From an uncultured Planctomycetota bacterium (GTDB lineage: Bacteria; Planctomycetota; Planctomycetia; Isosphaerales; Isosphaeraceae): a stretch of DNA of 64,000 nucleotides. The notes under the pieces are model-generated. The model was not told the origin of the DNA. It searched no databases and saw nothing but the letters and a program-made list of their open reading frames with translations. Of the stretch, positions 23,863 to 33,960 are shown in pieces (the stretch's first letter is position 1; each line of letters starts with the position of its first letter). The stretch lies in assembly GCA_963845755.1 (NCBI GenBank), contig CAWJTV010000024.1:96001-160000 (forward strand). The letters are read 5' to 3'. Both the position numbers and the translations under genes were made by a program.

Positions 23863-25410
23863 ATGGACGAATGGGACGTGCCTCTGGAAGAGATCGGTGC
23901 GTTCGACCACCTCAGCGATGAGGGGACATCTCCGGCGGATGCGGGGTGGAAGGACGAGCTGAACCTGGCGGAGTTCCCGATCGCGGCGTTGACGGACCGC
24001 ATCCCCGACGGCCAGACGACGATGGTATTCGAAGACCGGATGGAGCGGCGTGACAGCGCCCCGATCGTCCGCCGGCTCACGATCATGGGGACGCACAAGC
24101 ACGGCCTGCCCACTTCGCTGGACGATGAGGTCCTCGTTGGCCTGATCCAGTTGACGAAACGGCGGAGCAACTTCACCGATCCTCGGGTCCAGTTCTCGCG
24201 CTACGAGTTGATCGAGCTGCTCGGATGGCCGCAGAGTGGGCAGAGCTACCGCCGGATCGAGGAGGCGCTGCACCGCTGGGTGGGCGTCGTGCTGATGTAC
24301 GAGAACGCCTGGTGGGACAATGCGGCCAAGAGCTGGGTGGACGAACAGTTTCACGTGCTCGACAACGTGACCCTCTACGATCGGGAGCGGTGGCGGACCT
24401 CGGCGCGATCGGGGAAGACGGGGAGAGGAGACCGGGGCGGCTCGAAGGCCGACAAGCCCCCCCTGCCCTTGTCGAGCTTCCGCTGGAATGAGGTGATCTT
24501 CCAGAGCTTCCAGAGCGGCAACCTCAAGCAGCTCGACCTGGAGTTCTACCTCACGCTGAGGCTGCCGACGACCAAGCGGATGTATCGGTTTCTGGACAAG
24601 CGCTTCTACCGCCGATCGCGGCTGGACTTCGACCTGCGGACCCTGGCCTGCGAGCACATCGGCCTGAGCCGTTCCTACGCGCCGACCGAGTTGAAGCGGC
24701 GGCTCAAGCCGGCGCTGGAGGAGCTGGAGCAGCTCGGATTCCTGGAGCCCCTGGGGCCCGAGGAGCGGTACTCCTACGTCAAGCGGGGTTGCTGGCGGAT
24801 CATCTTCATCCGCGGTCGTGCCACCGCGGCCGAGGCCCAGGACCCCGCCGTACCGGAGGGCCAGCAGCCCAACGAGTTGATCGAGGCTCTCCGGACGCGC
24901 GGGATCACGTCCAAGACCGCTCAGGAGCTGGTCGAGGCGCATCCGCCCGGCCGCATCCGCACCAAGCTCGAGGTCTTCGACTGGTTGCTGCGCAACGAGG
25001 ATCGGCGGGTCGGCAAGAACCCGGCCGGCTACCTGGTCGCCTCGATCCGGTCCGACTACCAGGCCCCCGGCGATTACCAGACCCGAACGAGTGAGGCCAA
25101 GCCGTCCGCGGACAAGGTCAAGCGGCTCGCGGCGGCCGCGGAGGCCCAGCGCAAGGCCAGCGCCGAGGACCTGGACCAACGCGAGAAGGCTCGCGAGGCC
25201 AAACTCCGCGCCGCCTGGGAGCGCCTGACCGAAGTCCAGCGCGAGGAGATCCGGGCCGCCGTCAGGACCGAGAACCCCGGCCTGGGCCGCTGGAAGAACA
25301 TGCTCGAACCCCTCTGCCTGACCGCACTCGAGGCCCGGATGGGGGATTCGAGCGAGGCCGGCGGCAAGGGCCAGCGGCTGCTCTTCCCCGACGCCGCGCC
25401 CGCGAAGTAA
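23863..25410 (+). CDS. repA: Plasmid replication initiator protein A (RPA-like)
   Basis: KDELNLAEFP, GLPT..D..VL..LIQL, FSRYEL..LLGW, RMYRFLDKRF, NPAGYL..SI; adjacent to iterons; GGAGG upstream of start. Confidence 0.85.
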   Translation: MDEWDVPLEEIGAFDHLSDEGTSPADAGWKDELNLAEFPIAALTDRIPDGQTTMVFEDRMERRDSAPIVRRLTIMGTHKHGLPTSLDDEVLVGLIQLTKRRSNFTDPRVQFSRYELIELLGWPQSGQSYRRIEEALHRWVGVVLMYENAWWDNAAKSWVDEQFHVLDNVTLYDRERWRTSARSGKTGRGDRGGSKADKPPLPLSSFRWNEVIFQSFQSGNLKQLDLEFYLTLRLPTTKRMYRFLDKRFYRRSRLDFDLRTLACEHIGLSRSYAPTELKRRLKPALEELEQLGFLEPLGPEERYSYVKRGCWRIIFIRGRATAAEAQDPAVPEGQQPNELIEALRTRGITSKTAQELVEAHPPGRIRTKLEVFDWLLRNEDRRVGKNPAGYLVASIRSDYQAPGDYQTRTSEAKPSADKVKRLAAAAEAQRKASAEDLDQREKAREAKLRAAWERLTEVQREEIRAAVRTENPGLGRWKNMLEPLCLTALEARMGDSSEAGGKGQRLLFPDAAPAK

Positions 25411-26078
25411 CGAGGACTCCGAGACTCCCGCGTCAGGCGGGCCGGGTTTCCGGCAACCGTGTTCCGTGGTCAGCATGGCATGGCGACGGACTTGCCGGGG
25501 CGGCATCATCGGCCGGGGATCGCCCTGACCGCCTGGAACGACCCCCGATCCCTCACCGGGCATTCGCCCGCTTCGCATGGGGCCATCGCCCCGTGATGAT
25601 CGCGGCGCAAGTTGGCATATCTTGCCAGCTTTTTGGCGGAGCTCCATCCCCGATCTCTCTGGTTGGAAATGAGTTGTGGCGAGCCTGCGAATCCGTCGGC
25701 GCAGTCCGACGGCCCGTCTGGGGAGTGATCGCGCGTAGGTCATACTATTAGGATGCCGCAACTTTTCGAAAGCGTTAATGCACCTAGCGCCGACTTAGGC
25801 CGTTGAGACTCCCGAACTCTCGACTTCGGCGGCAGATACGAAAATCCAAAAAAAATTCAAGGCGGGTGATTAACCGACCTCCCGGTGCTCCTGAAGGGAC
25901 GGGTGCGTGGCGAGGACTCATCCTGGTATAACCCAAATTCATCGCCAGACAGGTGACGGGACGGTTATTTCTTGGAGAGGATCCGGTCGAGCTGGTCGGG
26001 GATCTCCAGGTTCAAGGTGGACAGCCTGTGTCTCAGCTCCTCGAGATAGTCGAAGTTGAACTGAGAGTCGGTTCCAAA

Positions 26079-26210
26079 AGCCCCAGAGGGGCGACCGGAC
26101 GTAGCCAGGGGCGTGAGCCCCTGGACGATCGACCGCGACCCCCTCGACCGTCGTTCGAGACCCGGAGGAGCGACAGACGTCCTCAGGGCCACAGAGTTTC
26201 TGTCGCCCCT
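26079..26210. repeat. Left part of a REP-like palindromic element (insertion target)
   Basis: 30-bp arm 26099-26128 is the exact reverse complement of 34028-34057; inner arm AGACCCGGAGGAGCGACAGA pairs with the reconstructed TCTGTCGCCCCT|CCGGGGCT. Confidence 0.85.
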
Positions 26211-26272
26211 ACCTTCTAGACATATGTCTGACCGGGTACAATCGGTCAACACTTGTTTAGGAGGTCTGGCCT

Positions 26273-27091
26273 ATGGGCGTTCGCAATCGAGACCGCGAAG
26301 TCATTGAGCGGTTGGATTCCAAGACCCTCGATGCTCGCTTTACCACTGAGATCGAGCAGGGACTTAACTGTTCCCCCTTCGAGTCCGAAGCCGTTCTCGG
26401 CGTCGTCAAAGAGGTCTACTTTCCCTTCCTCTCCGCCGAGGCCACCACGCCTTCCCCAGGGAAGATCTCGCTCATGGCGGTCGCCGCGGACGAGCCGGCC
26501 GGAAAGCCCGTCGCCGCCTGTCAAAAGCAGACCGTCTGCCTCACACTCCATCGCGGCAAGATCGACGATCTCTTGTTTCAGCAACACGGCCCAGCCGGCT
26601 TTCGCCGGGCTCGAATCCTCGACCTTTGCCAACAGGCCCTCAGTCAAGGAGCCTTGCTCACCGCTGAAGACCTCGCCTATCGCGTCTTCTTCGTCACACC
26701 GCGAACCATCTCGCGCGACCTGATCGCGGTCCGCCAGGCCCACCCCGATGTCCTGATCCCGATGCGCAGTACGCTCCACGACCTCGGACCGGTCCTCACC
26801 CATCGCACTCAAATCGTCCGCCTTGCACTCCAAGGCAAGACCACGTCGCAGATCTGCCAGATCATGCACCACTCTCCCGAAGCGGTCGCCAACTACCTGT
26901 CCACCTTCGCGCGCTGCGCTCAACTCGCCCACAAGGAGATGCAAGCCGGGCAGATCGCCTTCCTCCGCCGCCGCGGGGTCTCCCTCGTCAACGCCTATCT
27001 CCAGATCCTGGAGGAATGCCGGCGCGATCGCAACATGGCCTATCATCTGGACGAACTCCTCAGGATCGGCTCCTGCGGCGGCGGAAAAAAA
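26273..27091 (+). CDS. DUF1670 protein A (3' end interrupted by an IS)
   Basis: A..QGALLT.EDLA..RTI.RD..P.R..HD.G..TH R..HS.EAV..Y pattern; AGGAGG RBS and TACAAT upstream. Confidence 0.8.
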
Positions 27092-28796
27092 CTAGGCTGG
27101 CAAAAGTGGCTGGAAAGCCCTCCGGGAGCGTAGAAAGAGGAGATCGAACCCCGGGAGGAATCCACCCATGCGCAAACGACGACAACGACCACGCCCGCAA
27201 CCGGACCGGGCCCTGACCCTGACGCCGGTCCTTCTTGACTGCCCCGAATGCCAGCACCGGACCTATGCCGACTACAATAACTATCGCACCATCAGTACTC
27301 TCGACGGCGTCTTCCGACTGACCCTGACCATCCGACGCTGCCCCAATCCCACCTGCCCCCGCTTCCTCCGCCCCTATCGGCCCGAGGCCGAGCCCCACTT
27401 CGCCTTGCCTTATCATGAGTTCGGACTCGACGTCATGGCGCTGGTCGGCCGGCTCCGCTATGCCGAGCACCGCAGCATCCCCGAGATCCACCGCGAGCTC
27501 ACGCACCGCGGGCTCATCCTGGCCGAACGCACCGTCACCAACCTGTTGGACCGCTACGACGAGCTGCGGTCCCTGGCCACGGCCGATCCCCAGCGACTCG
27601 GTCCGCTGTTGCGCCCGCAGGGCCGCGTCATCCTGGCCATCGACGGCCTGCAGCCGGATGTCGGCCACGAGGTCCTCTGGGTGCTGCGCGACTGCCTCTC
27701 CGGCGAGATCCTCCTGGCCAAGAGCCTGCTGTCGTCCACGGCCCAGGACCTGGCCGGCCTGATCGACCAGGTGCGGAAGGTCCTGCCGGTGCCGATCACC
27801 GGCGTGGTCTCCGACGGTCAGGAGAGCATCCGCAACGCCGTGGCTATCGCCCTCAAAGGTGTCCCCCATCAGCTCTGCCATTTCCACTACTTCCGCGAGG
27901 CGGCCAAGCCGATCTACGAGGCGGATCGCCACGCCAAGAAGGAGTTGAAGAAGCGGGTGCGGGGCATCCGGAAGATCGAGCGCCAGGCGGAGAAGGAGCT
28001 GGAGGACGACGCGGAGGACGCGGAGGCGGAGGTGGTGCGGGACTACTGCGCCGCGGTGCGCGGGGCCTTGACCGACGACGGACTGCCACCGCTTTCGGCC
28101 TCCGGGCTGAAGCGGCAGGATCGATTGAGCCGGATTGCCGCCAGCTTGGACGATGTCGTCGCCAAGGCGGGCGACCTGCCCGGGGGTTTGAAACGGCTGA
28201 GGCAATTGCTGCGGCGCGGGCTGGAGGAGACGGCCGCGCTGTTCCCGGCGGTGCGCGAGTCGTACCAATGGGTCAAGCGCGCCGCCCGGATCCTCAAGAA
28301 CGAGGAGGGGCTGCCGGCGAAGAAGGTGCGACGGCGGCTGGTGCAACTGCTGGCGCGAATGCGCCGGGCGGTGGCGACGACGGACGAGCCCGCGGTGCGG
28401 GCGGGTTTGAAGCAGTTCGTGAAGGTGACCCGGAGCTACTGGCCGGGCTTGTTTGCCTGCTACGAGTCGTCGGATCTGCCGCGGACGAATAACGACCTGG
28501 AGCACACCTTCGGCAGTCATCGCTACCACGAGCGCCGGGCCAGCGGTCGGCGTCGGGGGTCGCCGGGCCTGGTGGTGATGGGCTCGGCGCGGGTGATCTC
28601 GGGGCTGGCGACGCGGCTGCGGCCGGACGAAGGCTTGGTGTTGAGCCCGGGCTATGTTGAGGACTGGCAGGAATGGCGCGCGGAGTTGGAGGTGCGACGG
28701 GAATCGCGGCGGAAGCAACGCCGGTTCCGTCACAATCCCGAGGCCTATCTCAAGGACTTGGAGCAACGCTGCCTCCAGCTAACTTTGCCAGCCTAG
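27092..28796 (+). mobile_element. Insertion sequence (ISNCY-like) inside the DUF1670 element
   Basis: Terminal IRs CTAGGCTGGCAAA / TTTGCCAGCCTAG; A7 on both flanks. Confidence 0.88.
27168..28796 (+). CDS. Transposase (DDE-type, ISNCY-like)
   Basis: CPEC..RRCPNP.C zinc ribbon, AIDGLQPD, VSDGQ, QLCHFH, PRTNNDLE; the stop lies in the terminal CTAG. Confidence 0.88.
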   Translation: MRKRRQRPRPQPDRALTLTPVLLDCPECQHRTYADYNNYRTISTLDGVFRLTLTIRRCPNPTCPRFLRPYRPEAEPHFALPYHEFGLDVMALVGRLRYAEHRSIPEIHRELTHRGLILAERTVTNLLDRYDELRSLATADPQRLGPLLRPQGRVILAIDGLQPDVGHEVLWVLRDCLSGEILLAKSLLSSTAQDLAGLIDQVRKVLPVPITGVVSDGQESIRNAVAIALKGVPHQLCHFHYFREAAKPIYEADRHAKKELKKRVRGIRKIERQAEKELEDDAEDAEAEVVRDYCAAVRGALTDDGLPPLSASGLKRQDRLSRIAASLDDVVAKAGDLPGGLKRLRQLLRRGLEETAALFPAVRESYQWVKRAARILKNEEGLPAKKVRRRLVQLLARMRRAVATTDEPAVRAGLKQFVKVTRSYWPGLFACYESSDLPRTNNDLEHTFGSHRYHERRASGRRRGSPGLVVMGSARVISGLATRLRPDEGLVLSPGYVEDWQEWRAELEVRRESRRKQRRFRHNPEAYLKDLEQRCLQLTLPA

Positions 28797-29453
28797 AAAA
28801 AAATCACTCGTGGGAGGTCCGCCCATGAGTAGCAAACCTGACTTCATCCGCAAGAAATACGGCCCCCTCCGCGAGAAGACCTTGCGGAACGCACTCGCCC
28901 ACCGGATCGTCAAGGAGTTCCCGCGAATTGGAGGAAACCGCATCTGTCAATTGTGCGCAGATATGATACTTGAAGTTGTCTTCAAACATATGCGCCCAAA
29001 GACCACCTCGTTCACGGCCAGGCGCTCTGGATGGCCGTCAGCCTCAACGACCCGCCCGGTCGTCGCCAACGCATCGCGGACGTTCGACCTGATCCCCGTC
29101 CTCCTCGAGATCTCCACCGCCGAGGACGCGCAACGGCGCATCGATCGCCTCCCCGCTCCTCAACGCTTGTTGTGCAAGGCCGTCCGCCTCTGCGAGCAGG
29201 CCTACAAACAGGGGGGATTGCTCTCCAACTGCGACCTCGCCGAGCTGCTCGGCGTTGACGACAGTCGGATCGCTCATGTGCTGGCCGAGCATGAGCGCCT
29301 CACCAGCACCGTCATCCCACGACGCGCCACACTCCACGATGTCGGAACAGGATTGACTCATAAGCGGATTATTTGCTGGAAGCGATACGCCGAAGGCAAG
29401 GAGCCGCATGTTGGGACCGATCTTTGATTCGGCAGCGCTTTCGATCATTGGAC

Positions 29454-29615
29454 CGGCAGCGCCTTCGTCTGGTTCCCAGCGCGGCACTTCTGACCGTTTG
29501 TCTCTCCGTTCTCGTTCTCGAGAGGGCGATCGCTTCAACGGCAGCGCCTTCGTCTGGTTCCCAGCGCGGCACTTCTGACCGTTTGTCTTGCCGTCCTTGT
29601 TCTCGAGAAGACGAT
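29454..29615 (+). repeat. ~85-bp tandem duplication with a 50-bp identical core at the IS21 left end
   Basis: 29454-29503 is identical to 29539-29588. Confidence 0.9.
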
Positions 29616-29713
29616 ATACTGGCATGTCAGCGTCGGGTCTGCGTTGGAATAGCGCTCGAGGAGAACGCGATCAACATTCTCCCCGAGCTTTTCCCTCGAG
29701 AGTAGCCGCTCCC

Positions 29714-30291
29714 GTGGGCACTCCTCACGTTACGAAACGATACCGCCGTCTGCCCAGAGGCCGCCGACCGCGCCCACGGATCTGCCTGCGCAAAGGTTGC
29801 CGACGCAAGTACCAGCCGCGATGCTGGAACCAGCGCTACTGCCAGGACCCGGAATGCCTGCGGGAAGTCCGCCGTTGGCAAGCGGCTCGCCGCCAGGCAA
29901 AACGCCGCCAAGACGCCCGCGCCAAAGCCCAGCATGCCCAGGCCGAGAAACAGCGCCGCCAGCAAGCCAAAGCCACGCCCAAAGCTATTGAGAACCCGGA
30001 CGTTGCGCCCGCGCGTGGTCACGCAGCAGAAAATTTTTCCCCCACCCCTTCTGCGATCGGCCTGGCTGCTACCAACCCCCGGTGAACTCATCGCGCAACC
30101 CGGCTCGCTACTGCGGCACCGCCTGCCGTCAGGCCGTTCGCAACGTCCGGGACCGCGAACGTAAGTGGCTCGCTCGCGGCACCTTGGATGGCCGGAACAA
30201 GCGCGCCATCGAATACCAGGCCGCACACCGCAATCGATCCCGGTGTCAGCAAGACACCACCGATCGGCCACCCCGGTCACCGCCGCTATGA
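29714..30291 (+). CDS. IS21 accessory Cys-rich protein(s): two overlapping ORFs, 29714-30085 and a -1 frame to 30291
   Basis: CLRKGC..YCQDPEC and CDRPGC..YCGTAC modules. Confidence 0.55.
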
Positions 30292-30388
30292 CGACCCTTC
30301 CCCCAAGGCGCCGGTCGTCAATTATCGCGTGGTACCGGCAGACTGCTTTAGCCTGGGCATCCTGTTGTTCACCCCCAGGAGCCCCAGC

Positions 30389-30802
30389 ATGATACCCAAG
30401 CGCATTCTGGTTCCCCACCGACTGCGGCGGCCTCCCGCAACCGGTTGGTCCTGGCTCGACGGTCGCTTCGTGCGCGAGCACATGGACCAGCTCTCACGCG
30501 AGGCCGTGCTGTTGTACTTCTTTCTGTCAGCCGTGGCCGATGTCAACGGCCTGTCCTTCTACAGCGATGGCACCCTGGCCGCTCGGTTGCGCATCCCCCT
30601 GCCCAGCTTGCTCCAGGCCCGTGACGAGCTTTTGGCCTACGACCTGATCGCCTACGAACCGCCGTTAACCCAGGTCCTTTCCTTGCCTCCGCGCTGTCAA
30701 CGCCGCAGATCCGAGCCCGGCGGCGGGCTGATGCAACTGGGCGATATCCTGCGCCAGGCTATCGCGTCGACACCTCTTGACAAGGAAAGGAGTCAGCCAT
30801 GA
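30389..30802 (+). CDS. Small HTH-like accessory protein upstream of istA
   Basis: WSWLD.RF..LLYFFL.AVAD..GLSFY pattern; ATGA overlap with istA. Confidence 0.7.
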   Translation: MIPKRILVPHRLRRPPATGWSWLDGRFVREHMDQLSREAVLLYFFLSAVADVNGLSFYSDGTLAARLRIPLPSLLQARDELLAYDLIAYEPPLTQVLSLPPRCQRRRSEPGGGLMQLGDILRQAIASTPLDKERSQP

Positions 30803-32308
30803 AGGTGGCCTTGTGGGCCGAGATTCGTCGCCTGGCCGAGATCGAGAACCTCTCCGCTCGGGCCATCGCCGGGCGACTTCACTGTTCCTGCCGCACGGTC
30901 GCTCGAGCGCTCCAGTTGCAGCAGCCTCCCACTCACCGCGACCCCTGCCGTGTCAGTTCCTTGGACCCCTACAAGTCCAAGATCGACGCCCTGCTGGCCC
31001 AGTATCCCGAGCTGTCGGCGGTGCGCGTCCACGAGGAGATCGCTCGCGGTCCCAATGGCTACACCGGCAGCGTGATTACCGTCCGCCGCTACGTGCGGTC
31101 CCTTCGCCCCGCGCGGTCGCGTCTATCAAGAAGTCCACTACGAACCGGCTCAGGCCATGCAGGTCGACTGGGGCGAATGCGGCCACGTCCAACTCGGGAC
31201 CACGACCCGCAAGGTCTCGGTCTTGGTGGCCGTCCTCTGCTACAGCCGGATGACCTACATCGAATTCACCCTCTCGCAGCGCAAGGCGGAATTCTATCGC
31301 GGCCTGGTGCACGCCCTGGAGTTCTTTGGTGGCAGTCCCCGTGCCATCATCTTCGACAACTTGAAAGCGGCCGTGATCAATGGCTCCGGCCGCGCGGCCT
31401 GCTTCCATCCCGAGTTCCTGGCGCTCTGCGGCCACTACTACTTGCAGCCGATCGCCTGCCAACGGCGCGATCCGGAATCCCAGGGGATTGTCGAAGGGGG
31501 CGTGCGCTACGTGAAACGAAACGCCCTGGCCGGTCGCAGCGACGAGCTCGTCCGCTTCGAGGACTACCTCGCGCTGGCACCCCGGTGGCGCGACGAGATT
31601 GCCAACGTCCGGATTCATGAGACGACTCGAGAACGCCCGGTAGACCGGTTTCATCACGAGCGATCGCGGCTCCGCGCACTTCCCACGATCCCGTTTGACA
31701 CCGCCGAGATCGTGCTGGCGGTTGCCAGTCCCCATGCGCGGGTCAAGTTCGATGCGAACCGTTACTCGGTGCCGCCGCACCTGGCGCGGCAGACGGTCAC
31801 GATTCGCGCCGACGGTCAGGAAGTCGGCATCGTGCACCAGGGCCAAGTCGTGGCCCGGCATTCCCGCTGCTACGGGCGCCGGCAACTGATCGTGCTGCCC
31901 GAGCACCGCACCGCGGCACTGAGTATGGGCCGGCGGTCGCCGAGCTCGGCGCTGGAACAGGCCTTTGATGCCCTCGGCCCCGAGGCTCGGCAGTTCCACC
32001 TCGGCCTGAACCGCCAGCCGGTGCAGACGGGGGTCCATCTGCGACGCTTGCTGGGTCTGGCGCGCGTCTACGGCACGGCCGAGGTGGTCTCGGCCATCGC
32101 CCGGGCCCTGGAGCTGGCGGCCTATGACGCGGCCTACGTCGAGAACCTTCTCCTGGCGGAGCGGCGGCGCCGGCAGCTTCCCACACCCACACTGCCGACT
32201 CCCAAACGGCGCGAATTGATTGACGAGATCGATTTGGAACCGACGGATCCCGGCATTTACGACCGCTTCTGTAACACCAGCGACGAGGACTCTGATGGCA
32301 CGGCGTGA
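30799..32308 (+). CDS. istA: IS21 transposase (frameshift ~31115)
   Basis: LDPYK..I, QVDWG, LCYSR, FDNLKAAV, G.VE..V.YVK, R.H.TT.ERP, N.YSVP. Confidence 0.92.
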
Positions 32309-33065
32309 GGATAATCTCCAGGCACGGCTCGACCGCGACCTGGCCGAATTGAAGCTGTGAGAGATCGCCAAGAGCTACCGCGACGTCCTCGACGAAGCCG
32401 CTCGCAAAGGGAGCTCCTTCTTGGAAGTTCTGGCGATCCTGATCGGGGCTGAACAGGCCGCCCGTGAGCAACGAGCTCTGGAGCGTCGGCTGCGTGAGGC
32501 GCGGCTTCCCAAGCCAAAGACCCTGGCTGAATACGACTTCAGGTTCCCCAAGCGAATCCCCAAGGCCGCGATCGTGCGCTTGTTCGACTGCGACTTCATC
32601 GAGCAGCACGGCTGTGCCGTTCTGATTGGGCCGACCGGAACGGGCAAGTCCCATCTTCTCACGGCACTGGGTTACACAGCCGTTGAGCGTGGCCATTCGG
32701 TTCGCCATACGCGTGTGGTGGACATGATCAATCATCTGACCGCGGCCCAGCTCAATGGGTCGCTGGGCAAAACGCTCCGAAGTTATGTCCGTCCCAGTCT
32801 TCTCCTCCTTGATGAGCTGGGCTATCTGCCCATCGACAAGCGTGGGGCCGATTTGTTGTTCCAGGTTGTCGCCGCCCGTTATGAAGTGGGATCGATCGTG
32901 ATCACCACGAATCGACCGTTCCGGGAATGGGGCAAACTCTTCGATGTGGACAACACCCTGGCCACGGCCTTGATCGACCGGCTGATGCATCACGGGGAGG
33001 GGATCGTGATTCAAGGAGACAGTTATCGCATGAAAGACAAAGATCCCGATTCGACCGACGAGTGA
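32295..33065 (+). pseudogene. istB: IS21 helper ATPase with an in-frame TGA at 32358
   Basis: GPTGTGKSH, LLLLDELGY, ITTN..F.EW, DRL.H; the N-terminus from ATG 32295 is in frame across one stop. Confidence 0.88.
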
Positions 33066-33774
33066 CCAAATCGCGGTACGCCAACGTCCGGATCGGGTGT
33101 TCGACGCGATGAGAGTGGTTTCGGCGTGAGTGGTGGGGATCGTCCAGCCCACCCTTGAGCCAACCCAGCCACCGTGCTGGGTCACTCGAGCGGCCGGTTC
33201 CTTGAAGGGCGGGCTCGCGTTGGCTCCAGGCTCTGATCCAGAATCCGCGAGCAGCTTCCTGCGGGGGGCTTCGTCTCGGCGGCCTGGTCATCCTGTTTGC
33301 GGCCCGTGACGGTTCGCAGCGAGGAATTGGCGGTGGCCCCGGCCACCACGCCGGACTCAACAAGCGCGAACGCCTGGCCGGCTCGTCCGTTCCGGGCTTT
33401 GCCACGCTCAACTCCAGGTTCGAATGGACTCCGCGCTTTTCGCAACGTGCCGAGTGGTGCTGGTGTACGCGCCCATCGCGCCACACCCTCCGCAACCCGC
33501 AGCGCGCTGCCGTCCTGGTGATCGAAAACGACGCCATCTCGATGATCGGTCCCACATGTCGTCGCTCGCGAGACCTACCACAGCCTTGAGGCGGTCAACC
33601 GTTACCTCGGCCAGTACGATCGCGTCCGTCATTGCCGTCTGGAGGGGCTCACGCCCGAGCAGACCGCTCACGCCTTGGGGTGCGGCCTGCCTCTGGTGAA
33701 GGAGTACCTCGCCATCGACGACCTGCTGGAGACGCGTCGCACTTGACACGAGGGCTCCTCTCCCGCCGATAATC

Positions 33775-33960
33775 GCGGTTGGCAGGCGAGAGGATAGGGC
33801 TCTGCTGAGGAGCAACCCGAGCGCTCGTCCTGCTGCCGAAACATGGCTGGGGGCCTCCCTGATCCGGAGGCCCCCGCTGTGTCGCTCCCTTGCCATGTTT
33901 TGGCTCCAATGCGTTAAACCTTCGTGATTGGGGCGTAGCCCCAACCACGATTCTTTTGTT
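33775..33960 (+). ncRNA. Putative structured ncRNA in the right end of the DUF1670 element
   Basis: TTGACA (33743) and GATAAT (33768) with a 19-nt spacer; stems 33835-47/33892-904 and 33849-58/33866-75; terminator-like hairpin 33922-33950 followed by TTCTTTTGTT. Confidence 0.55.
33922..33960 (+). terminator. Intrinsic terminator-like hairpin
   Basis: TCGTGATTGGGGC-GTA-GCCCCAACCACGA followed by a T-rich tail. Confidence 0.65.

Larger units (their letters stand above)
29412..33554 (+). mobile_element. IS21-family element with accessory ORFs (4143 bp)
   Basis: IRs TGGGACCGATC / GATCGGTCCCA (TG..CA ends); 5-bp duplication CATGT at 29407-11 and 33555-59; istA/istB inside. Confidence 0.92.
28825..33746 (+). 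pseudogene. DUF1670 protein B, split by an IS21-like element (parts 28825-29411 and 33560-33746)
   Basis: Joining at the CATGT duplication gives an in-frame 257-aa ORF: ..RRATLHDVGTGLTHK..KEPHVVARETYHSLEAVNRY..LVKEY; local compensating indels at ~29000-29085. Confidence 0.82.

Noticed and set aside
29454..29615. 50-bp repeats with a 35-bp spacer as a mini-CRISPR
   Set aside because: Only two units, and the 'spacers' resemble each other; this is a tandem duplication in an IS end.
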